Origin: an uncultured bacterium
GTDB lineage: Bacteria; Krumholzibacteriota; Krumholzibacteriia; LZORAL124-64-63
Assembly (NCBI GenBank): GCA_963727525.1
Contig: CAVSGO010000003.1
Span: forward strand, 320,001 to 384,000
Reading direction: 5' to 3'
DNA length: 64,000 bases
Positions 48,903-59,008 of this stretch are shown here, one piece after another. The position numbers were made by a program, and so were the translations under genes. Position 1 is the stretch's first letter. Each line of letters starts with the position of its first letter. Below the pieces are notes generated by a model. That model did not search any database. It was not told the origin of the DNA and saw only the letters and a list, made by a program, of their open reading frames with translations.

Positions 48903-50425
48903 TGCGAACCCTCGTCACCCTTCTCGCGCTACTCGTCGTGACACCGCTCCTTGCCCAGGAGGCGCCGGCCGATACGGCCACCGCGCTCACCCTCGACGAT
49001 GCCATCGACCTCGCGTTGCAGGAGAGCTACAACGCCCGCGTGCAGCGGCTCAACCTGCTGGAGGCTGAGCAGAACGTGCGCGCGGCGCGCGGCCGCTTCA
49101 AGACGCAGGTGGACCTGGAGCTGGACGCGCCCAACTACAACGAATCGGTGCAGGGCGTGAACTTGCCCGGCGAGCTGCCCCAGTACACCACCTACGGCAG
49201 CCGCGAGTGGCGCAGTCAGCTTTCGGTGACACAGCCGCTGCCCACCGACGGCAGCGTGGGCCTGTCGGCCGACGCCTACCACCGCACCGACACCGTCTAC
49301 GACGAGGTGACCGACCAGACACTCGAGAGCCGCACCTTCTTCAACAGCGCGCAGCTCAACCTCACGCAGCCGTTATTCGTGCCCAACTCGCTGAAGCTGT
49401 CCCTCGAGCGCGCCCGCCTGAACCTCGACGAGTCGCAGCGCGACTACACCGCGGCCCAGCTCAATATCGTCTACAACGTGACGAGTCAGTTCTACGACTA
49501 CCTTCGTGCGGAGCGCACGCTGCAGATCGCGCGCGACGAGGCGGCTCAGCAACAGGAGAGCTACCAGCTCGCGAAGACGAAGTATGAGGCCGGTTTGATC
49601 CCCGAGGTGGAGGCGCTGCAGATGGAGGTGGACCTGGCCCAGAGTCGCAACGAGTTGCTCGGCGCCGAGGGGCGCCTCTCGCGGTCGGCCGACAGTTTCA
49701 AGCTCGTGGTGGGTCTGCCGCTGGACGCCAGCGTGCGGGTGACGGCGCCCGACGAACCCGCGTTCTACGACGTGGACGAGCAGGTGGCCATCGACCAGGC
49801 CGTCGCCAACCGCGCCGAGATCCAGAACGCCGAGGCCGACCTGCGCCGCGCCGAGATCACCCTGGCCGAGACCGACGCCCGCTCCGCCATCCGCGGCGAG
49901 CTGCGCGCTTACTATGACCTCACCGGTATCGGGCGAAGCGCGGACGAACTGGGCGTGGCCGATCTCTGGGACCTGAGCTGGCGCGACCTGCGCCACCGTC
50001 CCGCGAACAAGGGCGTGGTCTTCACCCTCACGGTACCCATCTGGGACAGCGGCGTGAACGGCGCCGAGGTCGCCGCAGCGCACGCGGCCCTCGAACGCCG
50101 CGACATCAGCCGCGAGGAACAGAAGCGCCAGGTGATCCGGGCCGTGAAGGCGTCGCTCGCCGAGCTGAGGGAGGCCCGGGCCCGGCTCGAGGCCTTGCAG
50201 CGCAGTATCGATGTGGCCCGGCGCGGCCTCGACATCAGCCTGGCCCGCTTCGCCAACGGCGACATCACCACCCAAGAACTCGCCCTCGACCGCGACCGCC
50301 TCACCCAGGTTCGTCTGTCCTACCTCGACGCCACCATCTCTTACCAGCTCGCCAGCGCGGATCTGAAGCGGCAGACGCTCTACGATTTCGAGCACGGCCG
50401 CTCGCTCGTGCCCGGAGCGAAGTGA
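48899..50425 (+). CDS. TolC family outer-membrane efflux protein
   Basis: Signal peptide, LTL.DAI..AL, L.QPL, Y..G, P.WD.G, F..G repeats. Confidence 0.88.
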   Translation: MMRTLVTLLALLVVTPLLAQEAPADTATALTLDDAIDLALQESYNARVQRLNLLEAEQNVRAARGRFKTQVDLELDAPNYNESVQGVNLPGELPQYTTYGSREWRSQLSVTQPLPTDGSVGLSADAYHRTDTVYDEVTDQTLESRTFFNSAQLNLTQPLFVPNSLKLSLERARLNLDESQRDYTAAQLNIVYNVTSQFYDYLRAERTLQIARDEAAQQQESYQLAKTKYEAGLIPEVEALQMEVDLAQSRNELLGAEGRLSRSADSFKLVVGLPLDASVRVTAPDEPAFYDVDEQVAIDQAVANRAEIQNAEADLRRAEITLAETDARSAIRGELRAYYDLTGIGRSADELGVADLWDLSWRDLRHRPANKGVVFTLTVPIWDSGVNGAEVAAAHAALERRDISREEQKRQVIRAVKASLAELREARARLEALQRSIDVARRGLDISLARFANGDITTQELALDRDRLTQVRLSYLDATISYQLASADLKRQTLYDFEHGRSLVPGAK

Positions 50426-50437
50426 GACTCTGATAGG

Positions 50438-50463
50438 CAAGGGCGCCCCGGAGGGCGCCCTTG
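50438..50463. terminator. Hairpin between convergent genes
   Basis: 11-bp stem CAAGGGCGCCC / GGGCGCCCTTG with CGGA loop. Confidence 0.7.
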
Positions 50464-50489
50464 TCTCAGGCCAGGAACTCGGCGGATGA

Positions 50490-51008
50490 CTAGAAGTGAT
50501 ACACGCCGTGGAAGGAGATCTGGTTGGCGTCGCTGATGATACTCAGCCGGGCCTCGATACCCAGCTGGGGGCTCACCTCGTAGCCGCCGCCGAGGACCAG
50601 GTCGAGGTCGGTGCTGTTGCTGGAGGCCTTGAAGCCGTTGTACTCGGCCGACGCGTGTCCGAACGCCAGGCCGAGTCCGCCCAGCAGGTACGCGGGCGAG
50701 TCGGTCAGGTTGTACTGGGCCAGGGCGACCAGGGGGATCTCGCTGGCCGACGTACTCACACCTGCAACACTGTCGGTGCTGTAGAAGATGTAAGAGATCT
50801 CGCCGCGGAAGGACAGCTCGGGTGTATGGGGCACCAGCATGCCGACGCCGGGTCCGAAGCCGACATTGGCCACGTCACCGAAGTTGCCCATCGGCAGCGC
50901 GATCAGGCCCTGCGCGTAGAACGACTTCTGCTGGAAGTCGAGGGCCGAGGCCTGGGTAACGATCATCGTCATCATGACCAGAGCGAGCACGATACTCACA
51001 CGACGCAT
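50490..51008 (-). CDS. Small 8-stranded outer-membrane beta-barrel protein
   Basis: Signal peptide, alternating beta strands, YLLGGLG, terminal GVYHF. Confidence 0.8.
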   Translation of the reverse strand: MRRVSIVLALVMMTMIVTQASALDFQQKSFYAQGLIALPMGNFGDVANVGFGPGVGMLVPHTPELSFRGEISYIFYSTDSVAGVSTSASEIPLVALAQYNLTDSPAYLLGGLGLAFGHASAEYNGFKASSNSTDLDLVLGGGYEVSPQLGIEARLSIISDANQISFHGVYHF

Positions 51009-51138
51009 GGTGTCTCCTTAAGTGTAGGCCGAGTGGAAACGGGCGGACTGCAGGTGCGGTCCGCCCGACGAGGGCGAATCGTCCGGGATTCTGAAGCCCG
51101 AGACGAGAAACTACAAGTAAAATAACGGCACGATCCGT

Positions 51139-54100
51139 CTACCGCACCAGCGTCATCTTCCCCAGGCGTGCCTCCTTGTCGACGACCGCCTCGTAGAAAT
51201 ACACGCCCGACGCTGCATCGCGCGCGTCGCGGTCGCAGCCGTCCCAGACGACACGGTGCGGGCCGGCCAGGAGATCGTCGTTCACGAGTTCCCGCACGAG
51301 CGCGCCGCGCAGGTCATAGATGCGCAGGCGCACATGGCTGCGGTGGGGGAGATCCAGCTTGATCGTCGTCCGTGGGTTGAAAGGATTGGGCCCGCAGCTG
51401 ACCTGGAGACCGCGCTCGGCGCCGGGCACCCCGGGGATGACGATGTTGGGCAGGACGCCGATCGCCAGGAGGGCCTCGGTGAGCACAGCGCCGCGCAGGT
51501 CCTCGGGCGAGACTGTGCCCGAATCCTCCGTGATGACCTCGAAGCGATAGGGAAAGGTGAGCGCCGCACCGATGACAGGCCACGTCGCATCGGCGCGATA
51601 GGTGGCCGCGGCATACGGATACTGACCACCGTCGCCGGAGGGGCTGAGGAATTCCATCAGCCGCTCTGTCGACCCGCCGGGCTCGATCGCGTCGAAGTCC
51701 GCGATGCTCGGACAGCCGCCGTACACGACCCACTCGCCGGTATCGGAGAAGAATGGGCTACCGGCCAACGCGGCCACCCTGGGGGCGATCTGGTTGCCGA
51801 TGTACGGCATCACGTCGTCGGCGACGAAGTTGACGCCCAGGCGTTGCGTGGCGAAGTTCGCGCCGGCCGAGCCGCTCTCCAGGAGACTCTTGACGAGGTC
51901 GTCGCCCAGGAACCAGACATTGCCGCCGAACTGGTCCATGTACGCGTCCAGGACCGGGATATCCGGGGACCGATCGCCGCTGTAGCCGCCCGCCTCGCCA
52001 TCGCCGAGCGTTGCGGTGGTGAGCCGTCCGCAGGTGTAGATGACACCCTTGTAGCGGGCGAGTCCCTCGGCGGTGACATGGACGCCGAGTCCGCTGGCTG
52101 CCCTGTCGGCGCCCCGGGTGCGAAAGACGTCATAGTCGCGACCCGGTGCGAAGTCGGGACCGCGCTGGAACGCGTCGAGCCAGGTGGTCCAGTCGCTCCC
52201 GCCGTCGTCCAGCCAGAGGAGCGCCTGCGGCCTCGTCGTGAACCGACCTTGCCAGCTCGGCAGGGCCCGCACCGTCGCGCCGACGGCATACATGGTCGGG
52301 ACCTCGGAGACGGACTCCTCGAAGCGACCGAACCCCGTCGTGTCCGCTGGCCACAAGGACTTGCCGACGTCGCCGGCGAGGTTGTCCAGCGCCTCCACGT
52401 AATAGTGGATCACGTCGCCGGGGTAGAAGAACCCGGTGTCGGGCAGGTCGAAGGCGTATTTCCCGATGATGGGTGCGCCTTGCGGTGTCCGGCATGAATC
52501 GCCGATCACCCAGCCGTCGACGAACGCGTCGGACTGCGTGAACCCGGCCGGCAGCGTCCGCACCTCATCGAACCGGGGATTGGCCCGCATCCGCACGCGC
52601 AGGCGCGGGGGGGCGTCGAGCACGGCGCCGGCGCGCAGGACGGTCACGGCGAGAGTGATGGAATCGCCCGGGTCGATCCGGCCATCGTCGTTGCCGCTGA
52701 TGTCGCGTGCCATGTCGAAGCGGCAGGAGTTGCTCGCCAGGTTGTCGGGATCGAGGAAACCCTGCTCGGGGAACGTGTCCTGGGCCTGGTCGATGTCGTC
52801 GGCCGCGATGGCTGGCCCGTCGTAGTGGAAGGCCTTCACCGACACGTTGTCGAAGTACGGCGCCGGCGTGCCATCGTCACCCACGAGGCCCCAGATCCAG
52901 CCGATCTCGAGGACCTGGAACTGCACCTGCGCCCATTGCGCTCCGGGGACGATCAGGTCGCTCACGTCGAACAGGTAACGCCGATACGCCGGTCCTCCCT
53001 CGTAAAAGACATTCCTGTTGACCCACCCCGCGGTTTCGAGGCTCGCGGGGTCGGCGTCGGCCGACGAGCGGACGTTCCAGGTGTGGAACACGCCGGCCGC
53101 ATAGGTCTCGAATCCCGTGTGGACCCAGGCGTCGAAGGCGAACGACGCGCCCTCGTAGCCGGCCGGCCACGCGATGGGGGGCGACGAGACGACGTTGTCG
53201 AGATGGTAGTCCGGTCCGGCCAGGCCGCCCGAGTTGTTGACGATGTAGCCGCCGGGGCCGTAGCACCAGGTGATGCACTGTGTGCCGCCGGTGCCGGGGA
53301 CCACGACGCCATCGTCGATGAACGCCACCTGCACCGAGTAGTTCTCGTGGCAGGGGTCGATATCGCTCAGGTAGCGCCAGAGCGCCGCGAAGTCGCCCAC
53401 GCCCACGAAGGGCCGCGGCTGCCAGAGCCCGGGGTCGCCATCCTCGAAGTCCTCGAAATCGACGGCGACATCGTCGGCCCAGACCTGGAGGTCGTCGAGC
53501 CGAGCGGCGCCCTCGGTATCCCACAGACAATCCTCGTCCGACCAGCCGCCGTCGCTATCGAAATGGAAGCGCAGCTCCGCAAGGTCGCCGTCAGGTCCGA
53601 CGAGGTCGCCGGGCTGGAACGAGATGGTGACGTCGAAGGGCTCGGCAGCCACCGTACCGTTCCAGGGACCGCCGACATCGAACCAGGTCTCGCCACGGTG
53701 CGCCTGGAAAGAGAGGTTGTCGTAGTCTGGTTCGGTCTCGACGCTCAGCACGCCTTGCACGCGCAACGTGTGCGCCGTGCCGGGGTCTGCGAACGCGTGC
53801 GTGAAGACGACGTCCTCGACCCAGTCGTTGCCATAGCCGTATCCGCAGGCGTTGTCGAAGACGTCGCCGCACCACAACGACTGCGCGCCGTCGAGTGGCA
53901 GGCGGGTGTCGATCTGCCACTGCGAGGTGCCGTCAGTCGTCTGGTCGTCGTGCGTCCAGCCATGCCAGTCGGGCTCGCCCGAAGCGTTTTCGAATTTGCC
54001 GTCGAGGCGACCGGGGCCGCCCAGGACGTCGATCGTGTCGCGCGACGCTGACCGCGCGGAGACCGGTGCCCCGAATGATGTCGCGTCCACACTCACGGGC

Positions 54101-54186
54101 ACGACGACCGGTCCGGCGATGTGGTCCGAGGCCAGTGCGAGCGGTGCACCGAGGCACAGTACGAATGTCAAGCTCCACCGGAGCAT
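51139..54186 (-). CDS. Large secreted protein (immune-inhibitor-A/MAM-like N-terminal jelly-roll) with C-terminal FlgD-Ig/T9SS-like domain
   Basis: Signal peptide; YGNDW, ETEPDYD, F.FDSDG.WSD, PYFDNV; C-terminal PNPFNPRT...YDLRG.LV...WDG.D...SGVYFY. Confidence 0.8.
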   Translation of the reverse strand: MLRWSLTFVLCLGAPLALASDHIAGPVVVPVSVDATSFGAPVSARSASRDTIDVLGGPGRLDGKFENASGEPDWHGWTHDDQTTDGTSQWQIDTRLPLDGAQSLWCGDVFDNACGYGYGNDWVEDVVFTHAFADPGTAHTLRVQGVLSVETEPDYDNLSFQAHRGETWFDVGGPWNGTVAAEPFDVTISFQPGDLVGPDGDLAELRFHFDSDGGWSDEDCLWDTEGAARLDDLQVWADDVAVDFEDFEDGDPGLWQPRPFVGVGDFAALWRYLSDIDPCHENYSVQVAFIDDGVVVPGTGGTQCITWCYGPGGYIVNNSGGLAGPDYHLDNVVSSPPIAWPAGYEGASFAFDAWVHTGFETYAAGVFHTWNVRSSADADPASLETAGWVNRNVFYEGGPAYRRYLFDVSDLIVPGAQWAQVQFQVLEIGWIWGLVGDDGTPAPYFDNVSVKAFHYDGPAIAADDIDQAQDTFPEQGFLDPDNLASNSCRFDMARDISGNDDGRIDPGDSITLAVTVLRAGAVLDAPPRLRVRMRANPRFDEVRTLPAGFTQSDAFVDGWVIGDSCRTPQGAPIIGKYAFDLPDTGFFYPGDVIHYYVEALDNLAGDVGKSLWPADTTGFGRFEESVSEVPTMYAVGATVRALPSWQGRFTTRPQALLWLDDGGSDWTTWLDAFQRGPDFAPGRDYDVFRTRGADRAASGLGVHVTAEGLARYKGVIYTCGRLTTATLGDGEAGGYSGDRSPDIPVLDAYMDQFGGNVWFLGDDLVKSLLESGSAGANFATQRLGVNFVADDVMPYIGNQIAPRVAALAGSPFFSDTGEWVVYGGCPSIADFDAIEPGGSTERLMEFLSPSGDGGQYPYAAATYRADATWPVIGAALTFPYRFEVITEDSGTVSPEDLRGAVLTEALLAIGVLPNIVIPGVPGAERGLQVSCGPNPFNPRTTIKLDLPHRSHVRLRIYDLRGALVRELVNDDLLAGPHRVVWDGCDRDARDAASGVYFYEAVVDKEARLGKMTLVR

Positions 54187-54586
54187 GGCTTACCCCCTTG
54201 GCGATACGAAGACCGACGGCCGTGTTCCTTTGGTCGGATGATACCCGGCCGATCTCTGATTATAAGGGATGGGAAGGGCTTTGATATCACGGAATCGTGA
54301 TAGTTCGCGACGGATTCCGGATCGCCATGGTGATAGGAACGGTCGTGACCCTCGCTATGTCGTATCGGCGAGGGAGATTGCAGCCGATTTGCGCCCGAAT
54401 GGGGCGATCGTGCCGAATGCGAATCGTTTTTCTCTCAGGAAAATGCAATCTCCAGGATTCCTGGCGAGGTTTTTTTATGTTAGAATCTCGGTGTTCGCAC
54501 CCCTGACGGAGGCGAGGGAGAGAGCGCCGGGACGACTCGACCTCTCGACCATTGCTTTGAGGCTGACCATAAGAAGGAGACTGATT

Positions 54587-55207
54587 ATGCTGAGGCGAAA
54601 TGCCCCTGTGATCTTGACCGTCGCCTTGCTTGCGATGACGGCATCCCTGGCTTACGCCGAGATTCCCGACCTGGACCTGAGCACGGCCAGCGTCGCCACG
54701 TCGGGCGCGGTGCTCTTCAGCCGGATCGACGGCAACGGCGATCCCTTCACCATGGCCCACATGGCCGGCGTCGAGGTCGACGCGACCATTACCCTGAACC
54801 TGCGCAACTACCTCGACGATCCGCTGGTGAACTACCCGGCCGAGGACCTGTGGCTGGAGACCAGCGCGGGCGGCCTGATGGGATGCACGCCGCTGATCGC
54901 CGACGCGCCGACGGACGCGGCTGGCCAGACGATGTGGCAGCAGCCGATTCCGGCCGGTGGCTGCAGCATCGGCGAGACCGTGAACGTGATGGTGGCGGGC
55001 AACCCGCTGAACCATGCGGGCATGGCTCTGGAGTTCGTGTCTGGCGACCTGAACAGCGACTTCGTGGTGAACCTGGCGGACCTTTCGGTGTTCGCGACCG
55101 CGTACCAGGGCACCTACAGCGCCTGCTCGGACCTGTTCGCCGACGGTATCATGAACCTGACGGACCTGTCGTACTTCGCGGCTTCGTACGGCAACGTCTG
55201 CCCGTAA
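54587..55207 (+). CDS. Secreted protein with C-terminal dockerin/EF-hand-like duplicated motif
   Basis: AAGGAG RBS; signal peptide; GDLNSDFVVNLADL and SDLFADGIMNLTDL repeats. Confidence 0.75.
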   Translation: MLRRNAPVILTVALLAMTASLAYAEIPDLDLSTASVATSGAVLFSRIDGNGDPFTMAHMAGVEVDATITLNLRNYLDDPLVNYPAEDLWLETSAGGLMGCTPLIADAPTDAAGQTMWQQPIPAGGCSIGETVNVMVAGNPLNHAGMALEFVSGDLNSDFVVNLADLSVFATAYQGTYSACSDLFADGIMNLTDLSYFAASYGNVCP

Positions 55208-55236
55208 GGCGCCTTCTCGAGCGTCAGTCAAAGCAC

Positions 55237-55262
55237 GGAGGGAGGGCGCCGGCCCTCCCTCC
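55237..55262. terminator. Hairpin between convergent genes
   Basis: 11-bp stem GGAGGGAGGGC / GCCCTCCCTCC. Confidence 0.65.
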
Positions 55263-55288
55263 TGCACGTTAGCCTCGCCCTGTGGCCG

Positions 55289-56425
55289 TCAGCGCAGCCA
55301 GGTACCGAGTCCCACGCCGATGAACGTCGCGATCGCATATCCGAGCGTGCCGCATAGCACGGCCGGCAGCACGAGCGTCTGCCAGCGTCGGGCCACGGCC
55401 ATCGCGGCGGCGGTGGTGGGGCCGCCCATGTTCGCATTGGAAGCGATGACCAGCTCCGCCAGGTCGAGTTTCAGCAGGGCGCCCACTGCGAGCAGGATCA
55501 CCAGGTGGACCAGGAGGATCACCGCCGCGAACACGAAGAGCAAGGGACCGACCCGCATGACGACCGCGATGTTGGCGCTGGCACCGATCACTGCGAAGAA
55601 GATCTGCATCAGGAACGTGCCCAGGGTCTCGGCTCCGCGCAACCGGGCGAGCTGGCGCGGCATCGTCGAGGCGAGCACCACCGTCAACGCGGTCACCACG
55701 AGAATACCGGCGCTCTCGATCCCCCACCACCGCGCGAGCGCAAATCCCACGGCGCAGAGCCCCGTCCCCAGAGCCAGTGCGAGCGCCGTGCCGCCGAGGC
55801 CTGGCAACACGGCGCTCACATCGGCGCCGCCCGTGACGGGCGCGTCCGCGACGGCGTGGCGCTGGCGGTACCAGCGCTTCAGGAACACCAGCTCCGGCAG
55901 CGCGAAGAGCACGAGGAAGTAGAGCGCCATCACCAGGTTGTCTGCCGCCACGCCTGCCGAGAGCAGGTCGCCCGCGTGCAGCCCTACCGCCTGGGCGGCC
56001 GCGGCGTAGTTCATGGAGCCGCCGATGTACGTCGAGGAGAACACCGCCGCGAGTTGCCAGCCGGCCTCGCCCAGCGGTACCACGTGAAAGGCCACGATGG
56101 TGCCGACGATCGTGCCGACGGCGCCGATCGCGTAGGCCCCGAGCGTGGGGCCGGCTTCCCGCACGATGCGCCGGATATCGGCGCGCAGCAGGAGGAGCGG
56201 GATCGCCAGGGGCACGAGGTACGACCACGTGACGTCGTACGCGGCCACACCCTCGGCCGGGATCACGCGCAGGTTCGAGAGCGCGAACGTCACGCCCATC
56301 GTCATCACGGCGCCGGAGAGCTTGCGGCCGATCCGCGTGGTCTCGGCCCAGAATCCGAACGCGGCGGCGCCTAGCAGCACCGTCCAGATGGCCCAGGGTT
56401 GATCGGCGGTCAACAGGGTGGTCAC
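55289..56425 (-). CDS. DUF819 family membrane protein (putative transporter)
   Basis: LVPLAIPLLL..AD, STYIGGS.N, AADN, IASNAN.GGPTTA, G.LGYAI.T. Confidence 0.88.
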   Translation of the reverse strand: MTTLLTADQPWAIWTVLLGAAAFGFWAETTRIGRKLSGAVMTMGVTFALSNLRVIPAEGVAAYDVTWSYLVPLAIPLLLLRADIRRIVREAGPTLGAYAIGAVGTIVGTIVAFHVVPLGEAGWQLAAVFSSTYIGGSMNYAAAAQAVGLHAGDLLSAGVAADNLVMALYFLVLFALPELVFLKRWYRQRHAVADAPVTGGADVSAVLPGLGGTALALALGTGLCAVGFALARWWGIESAGILVVTALTVVLASTMPRQLARLRGAETLGTFLMQIFFAVIGASANIAVVMRVGPLLFVFAAVILLVHLVILLAVGALLKLDLAELVIASNANMGGPTTAAAMAVARRWQTLVLPAVLCGTLGYAIATFIGVGLGTWLR

Positions 56426-56478
56426 GGCAAGCCTTTCTCCGGGCAAGGGGCGGCCAGCAGGGTGCGGGGATGGCCGCG

Positions 56479-57690
56479 TCAGCGCACCACCGTGATCGTG
56501 CGCGTGCGCACGACGTTCCCCGCCTCGAGGCGGACGAGGTAGATCCCGCTCGGCACGCAGCGGCCGTGCGCGTCGGAGCCGTCCCAGCGTACGGCGTGCG
56601 GCCCGGCCTCCTGACGGCCGGACGCGAGGGTTGCGATGTGTCGCCCGGCGAGGTCGTGCACCGTCAGGTACGCCGTTCCCGCCGTCGCGAGGGTGAATGC
56701 GAGGATCGCGGCGGGATTGGCGGGATTGGGATGCGCCGGGGCGAGCGTGCAGACGGGCGGACGCGGCGGTGCAGCGGTTGTGCAGGCGCAGGTGTCCGTC
56801 ACCGCGCCCGCGGAGACGAATCCCTGCCAGGCCTCCGCCACGGCGCGCGTGACGCACCAGCTGGCCGAGTCGCCGGCCGCGTCGAAACAGGTGAAGGCGC
56901 CGATACGCGCAGTGGTGAGGTCGCCCAGCCAGCTCGCCGACTCCTCGATCACGGCCAGAGGCACCGGTGCATCGGGCGGGATGACGGCCGGCAGGCGCCG
57001 GAGGCTGACGTCGTGCACGAAGCCGTCGAGCAGCGTGCGGTCGGTGACCCGTTCGTGTGCCGCGCCGGGTTGCTTGGCCAGGATCCAGCGCGCGCCGAGG
57101 GGACGGTGGGCGAGGAAGATGCCCGTGAGATTCTCGAGCCGGTACGGCAGGTCGTTCTCCCCGATGACGAGAAAACCAGGCACGATGATCGCGTCTCCCG
57201 CCGGTTCGGTGCTGTGGTAGCCGCCCTTCTGGGTGATGAAGCCGATCACGCGGTCGGGACGCCAGAGGGTGAAGTGGTACGAGAATTGGCCACCCCACGA
57301 CCAGCCGTCGAGGAAAAGCGCCGCATGGGCCAGTTCCGGGTGGCCGGAGAGATCGGTGAAGATGGCGAGCGCGCGCAGCACGGCCGTGCCGATGCCCGTC
57401 TCCATGTGGCTGCTGTCGAGCTGTGCGCCGAGCAGGGCGAAGGATTCGCGCGCGGCGAGATCGCGCAGGGCCGGGTCGTCGACTGATGGGCGCGAGTCGG
57501 CGAGATAAGGGTCGACGAAGAAGTACACGCCGCGCACGGGAGCATCGTCGACGCGCAGCCGGAAGCGCGCGAGGGCATAGGTGTCCCCGGCCGAGGGCTC
57601 GATCTGCACGTCGTACACGGCGGCTTCGGCAACGCCGAGACCGGCGCCGGCCGCGAGCGCGATCAGCAAGGCGTGGATGCGTGGACTCAT
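56479..57690 (-). CDS. Secreted alpha/beta-hydrolase-like protein with C-terminal FlgD-Ig domain
   Basis: Signal peptide, GWSWGG nucleophile elbow, GEND, AHE; C-terminal HPNPANP...HDLAGR...WDG...SGIYL. Confidence 0.78.
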   Translation of the reverse strand: MSPRIHALLIALAAGAGLGVAEAAVYDVQIEPSAGDTYALARFRLRVDDAPVRGVYFFVDPYLADSRPSVDDPALRDLAARESFALLGAQLDSSHMETGIGTAVLRALAIFTDLSGHPELAHAALFLDGWSWGGQFSYHFTLWRPDRVIGFITQKGGYHSTEPAGDAIIVPGFLVIGENDLPYRLENLTGIFLAHRPLGARWILAKQPGAAHERVTDRTLLDGFVHDVSLRRLPAVIPPDAPVPLAVIEESASWLGDLTTARIGAFTCFDAAGDSASWCVTRAVAEAWQGFVSAGAVTDTCACTTAAPPRPPVCTLAPAHPNPANPAAILAFTLATAGTAYLTVHDLAGRHIATLASGRQEAGPHAVRWDGSDAHGRCVPSGIYLVRLEAGNVVRTRTITVVR

Positions 57691-57724
57691 GCCGGGATGA
57701 TACCACGGATCCGCCGGCTTCGGA

Positions 57725-59008
57725 TCACAAGCGCAGCCGAAGCGTGGCCGTGATGCGATCCAGGAGGGGCGTCGCCACCGCCGCGGCGGCTGCATGCTGT
57801 GGCCAGTGCGCCACGGCGTCGCGAACCTGATCGAGGATGGCGCGGGCGTCGCGGATGCCCGCCTGCGCCGCCACGTCGAACAGATCCGCTCGCGTGAACT
57901 CGCCGCGTTTGCCAGCGAGACTCATCTGGTGCTGCCCCGTCCAGCGGCCGGTGGGGTTGTAGGACCAGACCACGTCGAACGCAGGGGAGAGGTGCCAGCG
58001 TCCCCCGCGATCCATCAGGAAGGCGATGTTGCGGGTGTGGTCGTCCTGGTTGCGCGCCAGCACGTTGAACACCATGCGTCGGAACTGTTCCTGCAAGGTG
58101 TCGTGCCCGAGGTTGAGCCGGCGAATCACGCCGAATACGTCCTCGTAGCTCCACCGGCCCGGCGCCCGGAAATCGTGATGGGCCAGTGCGCAGAGCGACT
58201 GGACGTGGAGTTTTCCGCCGGCGGTGTCGCGATCGAAACGACGCGTCATGAAGTGCGCGCGTCCCCGTTCCTCGAGGAGGCGGCAGGGGCTCATGGTGAT
58301 CCCGGCGGCGACGGCCATGGTGGCATAGGCATACTCCACGCGACCGTAGCCATGGGGATCGCCGAGGGCGGGGTCGAGCACGCCGTCGAACTTCATGAGC
58401 CACGGCTCGAAACCGGGCAGGGGTACCGCCGGATCGGCGCGTACCTCGTACGTCGTGGGATTCCACGCGACCACCGCCTTCGCGCGCGCGCCGCCGGGCG
58501 CCGCGGCAGTGTGGAGCATGACGTCGCCCACACCCGGGGGAAACGCGCCTTCGCCGTCGCCGCGCAGGACGGCAGCGGCCATGGCCGTCAGCTCGGCAAC
58601 GTCGATCGCGAGCGACGCGGGTCGCGGAGGAAGCGCAGGATGGAACTCGAGCGCACCCAGCGCGCGCGCACCGAGGAGGCGGAGGCGATCCAGCGGCGTG
58701 AACACGTCCGGATCGCGTCCGTGACGGCGCAGCCAGTGGTCGATGACAGCGCTGCCGAAGCGGTCGGGCAGCGCATCGCTCAACAGACCCGGCAGGCCGC
58801 GAAAGGTCGCGGCATTCAGCTCGGGGAACGCGAACACCCCCGAACGCAGCGGCATGGTCAGGGGCGCCACGTCCAGCCCCGCCGGCAGGAATGCCGGTGC
58901 GTACTCGAAGCGTCCGCAGGCTTGATCTTCGTCCCAGGCAATGGCGCCCACCTCGTGATGCCAGAGCGTGACGGTGGCCACGGGCACGTACCGGGAGTGT
59001 CCGCTCAC
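57725..59008 (-). CDS. hipA: Type II toxin HipA family kinase (HipA N-terminal and C-terminal domains)
   Basis: LPD.FG, GALEF.P, GGARAKA, KFDG, EYAY..MA..AGI, RFDR, NQDDH.RN, LSPAFD. Confidence 0.92.
   Translation of the reverse strand: MSGHSRYVPVATVTLWHHEVGAIAWDEDQACGRFEYAPAFLPAGLDVAPLTMPLRSGVFAFPELNAATFRGLPGLLSDALPDRFGSAVIDHWLRRHGRDPDVFTPLDRLRLLGARALGALEFHPALPPRPASLAIDVAELTAMAAAVLRGDGEGAFPPGVGDVMLHTAAAPGGARAKAVVAWNPTTYEVRADPAVPLPGFEPWLMKFDGVLDPALGDPHGYGRVEYAYATMAVAAGITMSPCRLLEERGRAHFMTRRFDRDTAGGKLHVQSLCALAHHDFRAPGRWSYEDVFGVIRRLNLGHDTLQEQFRRMVFNVLARNQDDHTRNIAFLMDRGGRWHLSPAFDVVWSYNPTGRWTGQHQMSLAGKRGEFTRADLFDVAAQAGIRDARAILDQVRDAVAHWPQHAAAAAVATPLLDRITATLRLRL

Noticed and set aside
55289-57706. 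805-aa ORF apparently extending the DUF819 gene
   Set aside because: The upstream part is an Arg/Pro-rich off-frame shadow of the hydrolase gene; the real DUF819 gene starts near 56425
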